Below are positions 16,519-26,414 of a DNA stretch of 64,000 nt, piece after piece. Position 1 is the stretch's first letter. Each line of letters starts with the position of its first letter. The translations under genes and the position numbers were made by a program. The stretch is from an uncultured Pseudomonadota bacterium (GTDB lineage Bacteria > Vulcanimicrobiota > Vulcanimicrobiia > Eremiobacterales > Eremiobacteraceae): positions 576,001 through 640,000 of the forward strand of contig CAVTNB010000001.1 in assembly GCA_963736005.1 (NCBI GenBank), given 5' to 3'. The notes below the pieces were generated by a model. The model ran no database searches. It saw nothing but the letters and a program-made list of their open reading frames with translations, and was not told the DNA's origin.

Positions 16519-18828
16519 TTACTGTCGCGAATCGGGAATGCAGACAAAAGATCCTAAGTTTGGAATGGTCATGGTGTTCTTCGGAATATTTACCTGGAAA
16601 TGACATGGTCCGGCAGAGCTTTGGGCCGAAAGTGAAAGCGTGCTGCCCGCTCTCACCCCGCCCAAATAAAGCTCGCCGTCTTCTCCAACGGGCCACGAGC
16701 TCTGTCCGTCCGAAGTGTGCACGATCGCGCCGGTACCCAAAGGCAGCCCGTCGCTACCCGTCACCGTCAGTACCACCCCACCGGCGGGTTTAACGGGGAA
16801 GACGGCCGTGACAGGGCTCCCATAATATGGCACCGCAGTGATCTGAGGCTCGCCGATATTTTCTGCGACCGGCAAATCTGACGATTCAACCCGGATGTAA
16901 TTGGTCTGATAAGGCTGCAGCGATGCAGCCAGGAGTCGACCCCGGGAGTCCGTGCGGCCCTCATTTTCGCCATTCACGTAGACGTGAACGTCGGGGTAAC
17001 CTGGGAGCTCTACGAGCGCGTAACTGTTGTCTATGCGCGGCGCGAGATACCATCCGTTGTCGACGTTCACCATTGAACCGGTTGCATCGACAGAGTAGGC
17101 CGTGCCGCCGCCGTTATTGCTGACCTCGGTGTCGATGACTCCTGTTCGGCCCCATTGCTCGATGTTGGCGTCAAAGCCCGCGCTTGATCCGGATTGCGCA
17201 AGTAAACGATACGCAAAGCCTTCGTTCGGTTGCGGCGTCCGTTCGCTAATATCAATGCTCTGTGATGCGTGGCTTTTGTCGACGGTCGCCTCCGAGATGA
17301 GCGAGCCGCGTCGGCCGAGAGCCACCGAATAGAGCAACGTGGCATCGATCGCATGCGCCGTTTGGTCGTCCAGCGCGATGAAACTCAATTGGCCGGAAGC
17401 GACGCTTCTGGACAAATTGAAGCTAGCTATTTCGTCTGTTTGTTGACCGGGGCGTGATCGCTCCACAATTCCTAGGCCGAGCGTGGTGCGTCGCCCGAGA
17501 GCGAGGCCAACATTGCCGCTTATTTGCTGCGTCCATTCGGTGCAAGTGAGGATGCACCCAACGGTGCTGAAACCTTTCGAGGCCTCGGCGATCTGCGCGC
17601 CGATGGAAATGCCCCGGTCGCTCTGCTGGTACCCGAAGCTCAACTTCCCGCCCGCAGTCTGACCAGTGCTTTCCGCTGCCCCAAGGGCCAAAACTCCAAT
17701 ATCGTCCAACCCCCAGTTCCCTGCAAGGGAAGCCATTGTTAATCGACCCTGCGTTTCGAGATGCGCCTCACCCGTGAAGCTTTCGGAAAATCCGTGGCGC
17801 CAGGTGCCGTCCATGAGAAACTGTCCGTAGGTGCCGGACGTTAATCCGTAATCTTCACGCGGAAAACCAGCAGAATACGAGAAGGCGCTGAGACCGCTTT
17901 TGAGGAGGGAATTAGACGCGTAGAACGAGCTTGTCAAATGTCGCTCATTTCCCAAAATGTCCTTCACCGTGACTTGAATTTGACCTTGACCGGTCACCAC
18001 GGGTAGATTTGCTATGTCCACCGGTCCCGGCTGCACCTGGCTGCTGTACTCTTTAATGCCGTTCACGTAGATGTCTACGAGCGACGGCAATGTTGCGGCA
18101 AGCGACAGCTGCGGCGTGGGGAACGTGATAAAACCGGGATCTGTAGAAAAGTTTGATTCCCACGTGATGCCGGCGAAGCGTACAGGTAATCCTAGCTGGC
18201 TCATCCCCGTCACGGCATCGCCCAGGAACCACGTCGCGCGGTCCGCGAGATCATCATGCCGAAGCGTGGTTGAGAGCCGTACGATCCCGTGCGATTGAAG
18301 AGCGCCTGCCTGGTAATCAAATGACTGCGTCAGGACCATTCCGTTAGCGGCGTAGTTGGCGTCAAAGATGCCGGCAGATGCGAACGATCGAGCTGCGCCA
18401 AACATATGCACATCATAATTCAGAAATCCCCCTGTGCCTCGCTCTGGAGGAGCGGCCCGCGTCCGTCGAGCGTCGACCGTGGTGGGTGCAAACGCTGCAG
18501 CACTCGCGTCGATGTTCAAGACTTGGTTCGGCTCGTCAAATGAGACGTGATCAATATGAAGAGATCCATCAAGCGGCACATACACGTTGCCGCGGTGCGT
18601 GATGCGGCGGGAAATCGGGACTGTAAGGCGCCAGGACCGCACCTCCGAAAGGGCCGCCCAGTAGGTATCGTCTTGTTTTAGAATGACACTCCCTTGCGAA
18701 ACAGCAACGCCGTTCAGCACGACCCCACAGAGAATTTCGCGATAGGTTTGATCAGGCCACGCTGGAAGCGCTGCGATGCCCAGCCAAACAAGTAATGCTG
18801 CGCAGAAAAAGGCGCAGCGCCTGGTCAT
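16519..18828 (-). CDS. Fimbrial outer-membrane usher (Csu/sigma clade)
   Basis: Signal peptide; GFLNYD; PSLVDIYVNG...PGPVDIANLPVVTGQGQIQVTVKDILG; LLKSGLSAFSYSAG. Confidence 0.9.
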   Translation of the reverse strand: MTRRCAFFCAALLVWLGIAALPAWPDQTYREILCGVVLNGVAVSQGSVILKQDDTYWAALSEVRSWRLTVPISRRITHRGNVYVPLDGSLHIDHVSFDEPNQVLNIDASAAAFAPTTVDARRTRAAPPERGTGGFLNYDVHMFGAARSFASAGIFDANYAANGMVLTQSFDYQAGALQSHGIVRLSTTLRHDDLADRATWFLGDAVTGMSQLGLPVRFAGITWESNFSTDPGFITFPTPQLSLAATLPSLVDIYVNGIKEYSSQVQPGPVDIANLPVVTGQGQIQVTVKDILGNERHLTSSFYASNSLLKSGLSAFSYSAGFPREDYGLTSGTYGQFLMDGTWRHGFSESFTGEAHLETQGRLTMASLAGNWGLDDIGVLALGAAESTGQTAGGKLSFGYQQSDRGISIGAQIAEASKGFSTVGCILTCTEWTQQISGNVGLALGRRTTLGLGIVERSRPGQQTDEIASFNLSRSVASGQLSFIALDDQTAHAIDATLLYSVALGRRGSLISEATVDKSHASQSIDISERTPQPNEGFAYRLLAQSGSSAGFDANIEQWGRTGVIDTEVSNNGGGTAYSVDATGSMVNVDNGWYLAPRIDNSYALVELPGYPDVHVYVNGENEGRTDSRGRLLAASLQPYQTNYIRVESSDLPVAENIGEPQITAVPYYGSPVTAVFPVKPAGGVVLTVTGSDGLPLGTGAIVHTSDGQSSWPVGEDGELYLGGVRAGSTLSLSAQSSAGPCHFQVNIPKNTMTIPNLGSFVCIPDSRQ

Positions 18829-18830
18829 AC

Positions 18831-19559
18831 CTACCGCCCGGCAGGTATGAGCGGCACCTGCACGACGCCGTCATCCGTATGCAGTTCAACCGCTAAATCG
18901 AAGAGCTCGTTCGGCACGGCAAACTTTATTGGGAATGCTCTCGTCTCGTGGGCCAACACGTAAGAGGCCAGCGTGCCTGCAAACAGGATATGGCCGGTGC
19001 CCGCTTGCTTGATCCAGAGCTGGCTGACCTGGGCATGGATGTTGCCAGCGTTCGCTATTGTGAGCAAACCCCGATTTCGACCGGATCCTGCAAGCGAACA
19101 CGAGAGCAAAGGATGTCCTGCGGCTGACGGCTGGAGGAAGACCGGAAGCGCAAATTCCATCTGGAATGCGATGCCCATCCGTGCCTTAACCGGCGCGTTG
19201 AGCTGCTTGATGAACACCCGGTAGGTTCGTTCCGTGCTTGCGTCCGGCATAATGCGCGAACCGATGCGAAGCACTTGGCGCGCGCCGGGCTGCAGTGAGA
19301 ATATAAGGGGCGAGACAATGAGATCGTCCGTGGGTGATAGCACGTCTTTGCCGTTCTGCTGCGTCCACCGGGAAACGTGTATTTGGAAAAGGTCTATTGC
19401 GACATCGTTGTTTGTGAGTTCGACCGTTTGAATCGGCTGACGTGCGGATATCTGAAGTCGTGGGGGCGTCACTTCGATACCCCCCAAATTAGCGCCGGCA
19501 GCAAGCAAAGGTAAGAAGGACGCGGCAAAACAAAACGCGGCCAAGATACCTTTCTTCAT
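18831..19559 (-). CDS. Periplasmic fimbrial chaperone (PapD/CsuC-like)
   Basis: WTQQNGKDVL...LIVSPLIFSLQPGARQVLRIG...ERTYRVFI...LPVF; NAGNIHA. Confidence 0.9.
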   Translation of the reverse strand: MKKGILAAFCFAASFLPLLAAGANLGGIEVTPPRLQISARQPIQTVELTNNDVAIDLFQIHVSRWTQQNGKDVLSPTDDLIVSPLIFSLQPGARQVLRIGSRIMPDASTERTYRVFIKQLNAPVKARMGIAFQMEFALPVFLQPSAAGHPLLSCSLAGSGRNRGLLTIANAGNIHAQVSQLWIKQAGTGHILFAGTLASYVLAHETRAFPIKFAVPNELFDLAVELHTDDGVVQVPLIPAGR

Positions 19560-19590
19560 TGCGGTGGATCCAAGATCGAGCTGGTTTATG

Positions 19591-20121
19591 CTAGAAGGAC
19601 ACCGTGATGACGACCTTGTCCTGGTAAGTGCCAGCTGGTGTCGTAGTGGTGATTGCACCGACTGGTACATCGCCGAATATGGTGAACGGATCCGGATTAC
19701 CGTCACCGACGGCCGTTTCAGCTGAACCCCCGGCTCCAACCATGCCCGAGCCCCAAACAGTTGTGAAACCTGGATCCTGAAAGAGGTTGTAGGCGATCAA
19801 GACGTCTCCGCCCGAGCCCCCGTTCCAAAGATTCCTAGTGGAGAAACCGGGACCGGGGTTGCCTCCGGTGCTAAGGTCAACCGAATAGGGAATATTCTGG
19901 TTACACATGACGTAAAACGTCATCTGTGCCGGGATATCGCTCGACTGATTGTACAGGTAGTTGGAAGTCCCGAAATCAAGCAACGCGGGATTTTTGACTA
20001 TAGCGCACGCGTTCGTGACATTCAGCGTAGCCAAAAAAGTGTCGCTCGTTGAGTCGGCTCGGGCTACTACCGGAGCCACAAAGCACAACGCGATTGCTGT
20101 TATAAAAAAGAACCTTTTCAT
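19591..20121 (-). CDS. Csu-type fimbrial major subunit (spore coat U domain)
   Basis: Signal peptide; VTNAC...LDFG...C...YNLFQD....VWG...GTYQDKVVITVSF. Confidence 0.9.
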   Translation of the reverse strand: MKRFFFITAIALCFVAPVVARADSTSDTFLATLNVTNACAIVKNPALLDFGTSNYLYNQSSDIPAQMTFYVMCNQNIPYSVDLSTGGNPGPGFSTRNLWNGGSGGDVLIAYNLFQDPGFTTVWGSGMVGAGGSAETAVGDGNPDPFTIFGDVPVGAITTTTPAGTYQDKVVITVSF

Positions 20122-20244
20122 TGGAGAAGCTCCTTGAGCTGGAGCACTCTCGTACTCCCTGCTATACGTTAGTTCGGTCAGCTCAATGGAACATCGCAGC
20201 GGCACTGTTGGTATTGCCGCTCTGGCTATGAATCGTAAATGACT

Positions 20245-20283
20245 TGTGATGTTTCACACAAGTAAGGTGTGATTCTTCACACA
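20245..20283. promoter_or_regulatory. Two tandem CRP/FNR-like boxes upstream of the pilin gene
   Basis: TGTGATGTTTCACACA (20245-20260) and TGTGATTCTTCACACA (20268-20283). Confidence 0.5.
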
Positions 20284-20561
20284 CGCGTGCTGTTTTCGCA
20301 CGCGTGTGTTCTTCATTCGGGACTCACAAGATATTCACAGGAGCCTTCGAAAGCGAATAGCCCGGCTCGGCAGATTGGAGGCTAATCGACCTCTAGTCGC
20401 CGGATTCGCTCCCCCGCAAGCGTGAATCGATAATCTAAGGCAATGGTTCCGCCTAACTGAGCAGCAAAGTACCGCGTGATGACTTCTTGTGGCAATGAGA
20501 CGCTATCGTTTCCTGCGTTTATTCTCAGCTACCCGTTCAAAAACGACCTTAAGAACCTTGT

Positions 20562-20656
20562 AGACAGGCGCAATAACAGAGGCTTTGCTAGGCCCGACTT
20601 TATACTTACAGGGCTTCGCTTCTTCTTTCGTCCGTCGTCGTTGAGCCGGTGTTGAG
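20562..20656 (+). repeat. ~95-bp dispersed direct repeat, copy A
   Basis: About 75-80% identical to 23819-23914 by hand alignment. Confidence 0.8.
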
Positions 20657-20732
20657 CACCAAACCGCGCAGAATCCAGCCATTTTAAGTAGCCGACTCCT
20701 AGGTAACAGAAGTGTTGGACCCCAAGTCTGAT

Positions 20733-21026
20733 CTAGATAGTTAGTCCATCGATAAAAACAATCCAATCCGTCTTGGCAGACACAGCCCGTATCTTGCGGG
20801 GAAGTCTATACTCTTCGGATTCGTAAAACTGTTTCGCTGCGTCGAGCGAAGGAAATTCCACGATGGCTAAGTCCGATGGAGCGTTGTTGCCCTCCATCAC
20901 GGTGATTGGCCCAAAAGCAAGATATTTTCCGCCAAACGATTTGAGCGTATTCTGCACAAGCTTCAGGTAGCGTTCAGGCCCCTGCGCCTCAGTCCACTTC
21001 ATTTTAGCTACGGCGTATGCTGGCAT
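20733..21026 (-). CDS. DUF1330-family protein
   Basis: MPAY...FGGKYLA...MEG...IVEFPSLDAAKQFYESEEY. Confidence 0.9.
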   Translation of the reverse strand: MPAYAVAKMKWTEAQGPERYLKLVQNTLKSFGGKYLAFGPITVMEGNNAPSDLAIVEFPSLDAAKQFYESEEYRLPRKIRAVSAKTDWIVFIDGLTI

Positions 21027-21396
21027 GCTATGCCTCCCAATGAGATCGGGGAGCGGTTGTCCGTATCAATTGTATGCCACTTCGCTAGTATGATCACGCT
21101 GAAGCTCGCACGGCAACGCTGAGGGTGCGGGCTTGGGTCTGGCTACTGCCAAGCGCGATCACTGCGAGCGCACGTTCGATATCGCCCAGGCGATTTCAGA
21201 ACTGTAGGGTTGGTTTAAGATGATTGTGGCGTCGCAGGTCCGCTCTGGCAGCCTTGTCGCGCTTTGCTCGGAGGCGATGGTTCGCATCCTGAAGTTTCTC
21301 CGGCGACGTGCAAGCATGGTAGTGGATTCTCTTATCGCTGTGCAAGAGGCTGCTCGACCGCTGCCGTGGGGCTTCATCCGTGTTATACTACCGTAC

Positions 21397-21594
21397 ATGC
21401 GTAAGGATAAATTACCGTATTCCGATAGCGACGACGATGTCATCGCACCCGACGTTGCACCTCGCCACGATCAACCGCTCGATCCTGCTGAGGCCGTTCG
21501 CCTTGAAGAGGAAAAATACGCCGACAGCAGTGCGGACGAAAATCGTGACGACGAGCTCGACGCGCATCACGCGGATCAGGACGACGTCGTCTGA
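21397..21594 (+). CDS. Small, very acidic hypothetical protein (65 aa), possibly leaderless
   Basis: D/E-rich sequence; TGTTATACT extended -10 ends 7 nt before the ATG. Confidence 0.5.
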   Translation: MRKDKLPYSDSDDDVIAPDVAPRHDQPLDPAEAVRLEEEKYADSSADENRDDELDAHHADQDDVV

Positions 21595-21782
21595 GTGGTT
21601 CTCCTTCCCGACCCAGGTATGGCGTGTCCGTGCGGCTCTGCAAAGCAAGAACAATAATACAATCTCATGCCAAGAACGGCTTTGTTGAAGAGTTCTAAGC
21701 TATGTGATACTTGCGGTCTTATTTACGAGGATTTACACGCAGGAAAGATTGCAAAAAACCGACGACTTTCCGCAACGGCCGA

Positions 21783-23444
21783 CTATGCTGGCTGCTGCAC
21801 CTGTTGGGACTCCAGGTATTGATAGATATACGAGATCACGATACTACCTTCGCCGACCGCCGACGCGACGCGCTTGACCGACGAGCTGCGAACGTCACCC
21901 GCCGCGAAGATCCCGGGGATGCTCGTTTCGAGCGGATAAGGCTTCCTCTCGAGCCGCCAATCTTCGATCTCTCGTCCCGTGCGAATATAGCCGTGCTGAT
22001 CTCGCTCTAGTTCCTCGGGCAACCAAGAAGTCTCCGCATCGGCGCCGATAAAGATGAACAGCGCATGAGCGTCGCGTTCTTGCTCTGCGCCCGAAACGCT
22101 CGATCGAGTGACGATCCGCTCCAGACGCCCATCGCCGTCGACCGCTTCGAGGCTCGTACAGGTTTCGACCGCAATGTTTGACACCGCGCGAATCTGCTCG
22201 ATCAAATATTGCGACATCGTTCGCTCGAGTCCATTACCGCGAACCAAGATCGTCACGCTGCGCGCGTAAGGCGAGAAGAACATCGAGGCCTGTCCCGCCG
22301 AATTTCCGCCGCCGACGAGAAAAATGTCCTTCCCGCGAACGGAGTAAGCTTCGCCGCGTGACGCACCGTAAAAGACGCCGCGTCCGACTCGCGCGTCGAG
22401 CCCCGGCGTCGGCAGCTTCCGCCACGCTACGCCCGTTGCGAGTACACTACTGCGCGCGCGAACCTCCATTCCGCCATCTAACACCACGACAAACCCGGCG
22501 TTGTCAGGCCGGATTTCGCACACGGACCGCGTGACGACGATTTCCGCGCCTAGCCGTTTGGCTTGCTGCAGCGCGCGATGCGCCAGCTCGCCTCCGGAGA
22601 TTCCGCTGACGAACCCGAGATAGTTTTCGATGCGTGACGACGTGCCAGCTTGTCCGCCAGGCGCGTCCTGCTCGATCAAGATCGTTGCAAGACCCTCAGA
22701 GCCTCCATACACTGCCGCGGCCAAACCCGCCGGACCACCGCCGATGATTACCACGTCGTACTCGCGGAGTCGCGGCGCGATCGGAAGACCGATGGCTTCC
22801 GCAAGCACTCGATGATCCGGTTTGACGAACGTACGCCCGTCGGAGAGACGCACGAGCGGCCACGTCGACGTGCCGACGCTGAGCTTCGCAATAGATTCCG
22901 CATCGATCGCATCGTCGAGATCGAGCCATTCAAACGCCACCTGGTTGCGTGAGAGGAAGTCGCGAATCGCATGCGAGCCCGCGTCGAGATCGCTGCCAAT
23001 CACGACGGCCTGCCGCGCCCCGTACTTTCCGTACGCTTCGTCGAAAATCGTCACGCGGCGAATTAGTGTTTGAGCCACAACGGCCGCCGCCTCTTTTGAC
23101 TCGGAAATGAGCAAATGGAAATCGGCCGGATCGACGCGCATCAAACGCGATGGGCGGAGCGCGCGAATCGAAATGAACGAATCCGTGCCGAAAATGACAG
23201 CAAACTCGCCGAAGTATTCACTCGGATCAAAAGTCGTTGCCTGGGTCTCTTGTCCACTCAGGAGCCGCACCCGCTCTACCTCCCCTGAAAGAACGACCCA
23301 CAGATATGCGGCATCGCCTTCTCGCGTGACCCACTCCCCGGGTGCCGCCACGATCTCGGCGGAATGCGAAGCAATACGCGCTCGCAGCGTCGGCGCTGCG
23401 CCGGCGAAAAGCGGGATCTCTGCCAGCTCTCCGGCTTCGATCAT
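21783..23444 (-). CDS. cNMP-binding-domain FAD-dependent thioredoxin-reductase-like oxidoreductase
   Basis: cNMP domain (YFGEFA); GGGPAG; SSRIENYLGF; GGGNSAGQA; PGIFAAGDVR; YGASRGEA at the CxxC position. Confidence 0.9.
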   Translation of the reverse strand: MIEAGELAEIPLFAGAAPTLRARIASHSAEIVAAPGEWVTREGDAAYLWVVLSGEVERVRLLSGQETQATTFDPSEYFGEFAVIFGTDSFISIRALRPSRLMRVDPADFHLLISESKEAAAVVAQTLIRRVTIFDEAYGKYGARQAVVIGSDLDAGSHAIRDFLSRNQVAFEWLDLDDAIDAESIAKLSVGTSTWPLVRLSDGRTFVKPDHRVLAEAIGLPIAPRLREYDVVIIGGGPAGLAAAVYGGSEGLATILIEQDAPGGQAGTSSRIENYLGFVSGISGGELAHRALQQAKRLGAEIVVTRSVCEIRPDNAGFVVVLDGGMEVRARSSVLATGVAWRKLPTPGLDARVGRGVFYGASRGEAYSVRGKDIFLVGGGNSAGQASMFFSPYARSVTILVRGNGLERTMSQYLIEQIRAVSNIAVETCTSLEAVDGDGRLERIVTRSSVSGAEQERDAHALFIFIGADAETSWLPEELERDQHGYIRTGREIEDWRLERKPYPLETSIPGIFAAGDVRSSSVKRVASAVGEGSIVISYIYQYLESQQVQQPA

Positions 23445-23818
23445 GCGTCAGACAATGTCATCGAGGTCGGCGTGGTTAGCATCACGCTGATCGGCTCTTG
23501 CTAGGCGGGGGCAACGTAGAGAGCAACGTCGGGAGCGACATAGTCGCCATCGTCGTCGGGATAAGGGATCGGTCGCTGTCCATAGTGCCTCGAATTCTGC
23601 ATGAAGGCGGGTACACCCTTAGACGTCGACGCTCTCGCGCTAGGCACTCAAGTGGTCTCGATTCGCACCCCCAAAGAGCCCCCATACGCGTTGATTATCA
23701 TGGACGTGCACGGACAGGGCTGCAGGTGCAGAAAAAGCCCAATCCCTACATGATCGAGGCTCTTCCTTTGTTTCTGCCTAGTTGCTTGTCGAGTCGCCTC
23801 TAACGGCCGTCGCGCCCC

Positions 23819-23914
23819 AGACAGGCGCAATAGCGGAGGCTTTGATATTGCGCGACCTTATGCTATGGGGCGTCGGTTCTTCTTTCGGTCGTCGTTGTGA
23901 AGCCCCGTGTCGAG
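23819..23914 (+). repeat. ~95-bp dispersed direct repeat, copy B
   Basis: Matches 20562-20656; ends 63 nt before the peptidase ATG. Confidence 0.8.
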
Positions 23915-23977
23915 TGACTTGGCTGCCGGCGCCTGTTTGGAGGGCGCCGCTTCCTGAGGCCGCAAATATCACGGCTT

Positions 23978-26185
23978 ATGATGAATAAAAGCCAACTGTT
24001 TCTTGCATTTAGCTTAGCGCTAGTCGGGCTGATAGTCACACCCCGCACTACTGTCGCCGTTGCCGGTACTGGACCCTCAAACGCGACCCAGACGACGGTC
24101 GCGCACGCTATGAAGGAGGTGCCGCCCAACACCGATCCGTTTTTATGGCTGGAACAGGTAAAAAGCCCGCGAGCTTTAGCGTGGGTGAACGCGCAGGACG
24201 CGCAGACGGTAGCCGTGCTCGAGCATGACCCCCACTTTAGAGTCTTCTATGCGCAAGCGCTAAAAATCGATGAATCGAAAACTCGGATCCCTTACCCAAT
24301 GACAATTGCCGGAAGCATTTACAATTTTTGGCAAGACCACACGTACGTGCGAGGCATCTTGCGGCGCACGTCGCTCCAGCGTTATGTCAGTAAGTCGCCG
24401 CTTTGGACGACAGTGCTCGACCTTGATGCCGTAGCCAATGCAGAACATGCAAACTGGGTTTGGGAGGGAGTCAGCTGCGCGCTGCCGCGCGAGCAACGCT
24501 GTCTGGTTTTCTTGTCTGATGGCGGCGAAGACGCGGTAACTATTCGCGAATTCGATCTTGGGTCTGGACGTTTTGTTTCCGGCGGCTTTGTGTTTTCGCG
24601 GCAAAAGCAATATCCCGCCTGGGAAGATGAAAATACTCTTCTCGTTTCTCGTGCCTGGACACAACGCGAACTGACTCTGTCTGGATATCCGTATGACGTC
24701 AGGGAACTGACGCGCGGTCAACCGCTTGATCAGGCCAAAGAGATCTATCGAGGGTCACAAAGCGACATTGACGTGAACCCAAACGTCTATCGCGATGGAG
24801 CAGGTCACAAGCTTACGATGATTGAGCGCGACATCGCATCATTTAAGAGCGAGTTTTATCTCGTTACGGCAAACGGCCTTCCCAAACTTGACTTGCCGCA
24901 AAAAGTCGGCATCGTCGGCCTAGTAGCCGGAAGACTCCTGGTCTCCCTCAATGAAAACTGGACGGTTGGAGGCCACGCATTTCCGTCTGGCTCGCTTATA
25001 TCCGTCGATCTGACAAACATCATGAGCGAGCCTGCTCATCTCAAGCCTACCCTCGTGTATGCTCCCGGCCCGCGTGAATCAGTGTATGGCGTGCTGATAA
25101 CAAAAGACCACGCCCTCATGGTCGTTTATCACAACGTCAAAGGTGTAGCATTCAGCCTCACACCCGGCGTTGAGGACTCATGGACTAAAGTGAAACTGAG
25201 ATTGCCCGACAATTTGTCAATCAATTTGGATGACTCCAACTTGCGGAATAACAGCGTGTTCTTGGACGCCAACGGGTTCTTAACGCCGACTACCCTTTCT
25301 CTGGCAGATGCGGCCACGGACACGTTATCCGCAATTAAATCGCAACCTGCACAATTCGATGCATCAAGAGATGTAGTCGAGCAAGGTCAGGCGACGTCAA
25401 AGGACGGTACCAAGATACCCTACTTTGTGGTGCGCCCCGAGCACATGATCTTCAAAGGCGCAAATCCCACAGTGTTATACGGATACGGCGGTTTTCAAAT
25501 CTCAATCACGCCGTACTACGAGCCGAACATTGGGAAGCTTTGGTTGGAGCGCGGAGGCGTTTTTGTCGTCGCCAACATTCGTGGGGGCGGTGAATTTGGA
25601 CCAGCTTGGCATGAAGCTGGTCTCAAGACGCATCGTCAGCGAATTTATGACGATTTTTACGCGGTCGCTCGCGACCTTATGGTTCGCAAGATTACATCGC
25701 CGCGATACCTCGGCATTCAGGGCGCTTCCAACGGCGGACTGTTGATGGGGGTTGAGTTCACGCAGCACCCTGAGATGTGGAACGCAGTCGACATTGGGCT
25801 TCCTTTGCTTGACATGCTGCGCTACGAGCAAATCAATGCGGGAGAGTCTTGGTCGGGTGAGTACGGGAGCGTTTCTAACCCCGCGGAAAAAGCTTTCCTC
25901 GCATCGATTTCGCCGTACCAAAATATAAAACCGGGCCTTGCTTACCCAGAGCCCTTTATCTGGACAACGTACAAGGACGATCGCGTGGGACCTCAACACG
26001 CGCGCAAGTTCGCGGCGAAGCTCAATGCAATGGGCGTCAAATATTTGTTCTACGAAGTGACCGAAGGCGGTCATGCATTTGGAGCTAATCTCCGCGAAGA
26101 CGCACATACGACCGCGCTGGAGTGGACGTATTTGACGCGCAAACTCATGACTGATCCGGGACCCCCGGGTTTCGGTTCTTTCTAG
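23978..26185 (+). CDS. Prolyl oligopeptidase (S9A), secreted
   Basis: DPFLWLE; YGYGGF; GASNGG nucleophile; DDRV; GGH. Confidence 0.92.
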   Translation: MMNKSQLFLAFSLALVGLIVTPRTTVAVAGTGPSNATQTTVAHAMKEVPPNTDPFLWLEQVKSPRALAWVNAQDAQTVAVLEHDPHFRVFYAQALKIDESKTRIPYPMTIAGSIYNFWQDHTYVRGILRRTSLQRYVSKSPLWTTVLDLDAVANAEHANWVWEGVSCALPREQRCLVFLSDGGEDAVTIREFDLGSGRFVSGGFVFSRQKQYPAWEDENTLLVSRAWTQRELTLSGYPYDVRELTRGQPLDQAKEIYRGSQSDIDVNPNVYRDGAGHKLTMIERDIASFKSEFYLVTANGLPKLDLPQKVGIVGLVAGRLLVSLNENWTVGGHAFPSGSLISVDLTNIMSEPAHLKPTLVYAPGPRESVYGVLITKDHALMVVYHNVKGVAFSLTPGVEDSWTKVKLRLPDNLSINLDDSNLRNNSVFLDANGFLTPTTLSLADAATDTLSAIKSQPAQFDASRDVVEQGQATSKDGTKIPYFVVRPEHMIFKGANPTVLYGYGGFQISITPYYEPNIGKLWLERGGVFVVANIRGGGEFGPAWHEAGLKTHRQRIYDDFYAVARDLMVRKITSPRYLGIQGASNGGLLMGVEFTQHPEMWNAVDIGLPLLDMLRYEQINAGESWSGEYGSVSNPAEKAFLASISPYQNIKPGLAYPEPFIWTTYKDDRVGPQHARKFAAKLNAMGVKYLFYEVTEGGHAFGANLREDAHTTALEWTYLTRKLMTDPGPPGFGSF

Positions 26186-26414
26186 CACGCTCACGTGCTA
26201 AGGCCTGCTCCGTTGCAGCGTAAATAACGCATAAATCCAGCATCGAGGGGTTGCCTTGGGCGAGGGCAACCGCATATCAACTGATGATGGTCGCTGCTCC
26301 GAGCGTTGACAATTTGCAAGAAGAGTATTGATGACGATAACTATTGCTATAGCGATCTATTTTTCACTCGTTCTCATTAGCGCAACGAATTCTTGGAATT
26401 ATCCTGGGGATGCG

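Noticed and set aside
20503..20766. 87-aa minus-strand ORF and its look-alike at 23778-23972 as paralogous small genes
   Set aside because: Similarity is confined to the shared DNA repeat and starts and ends do not correspond; reported as a repeat instead
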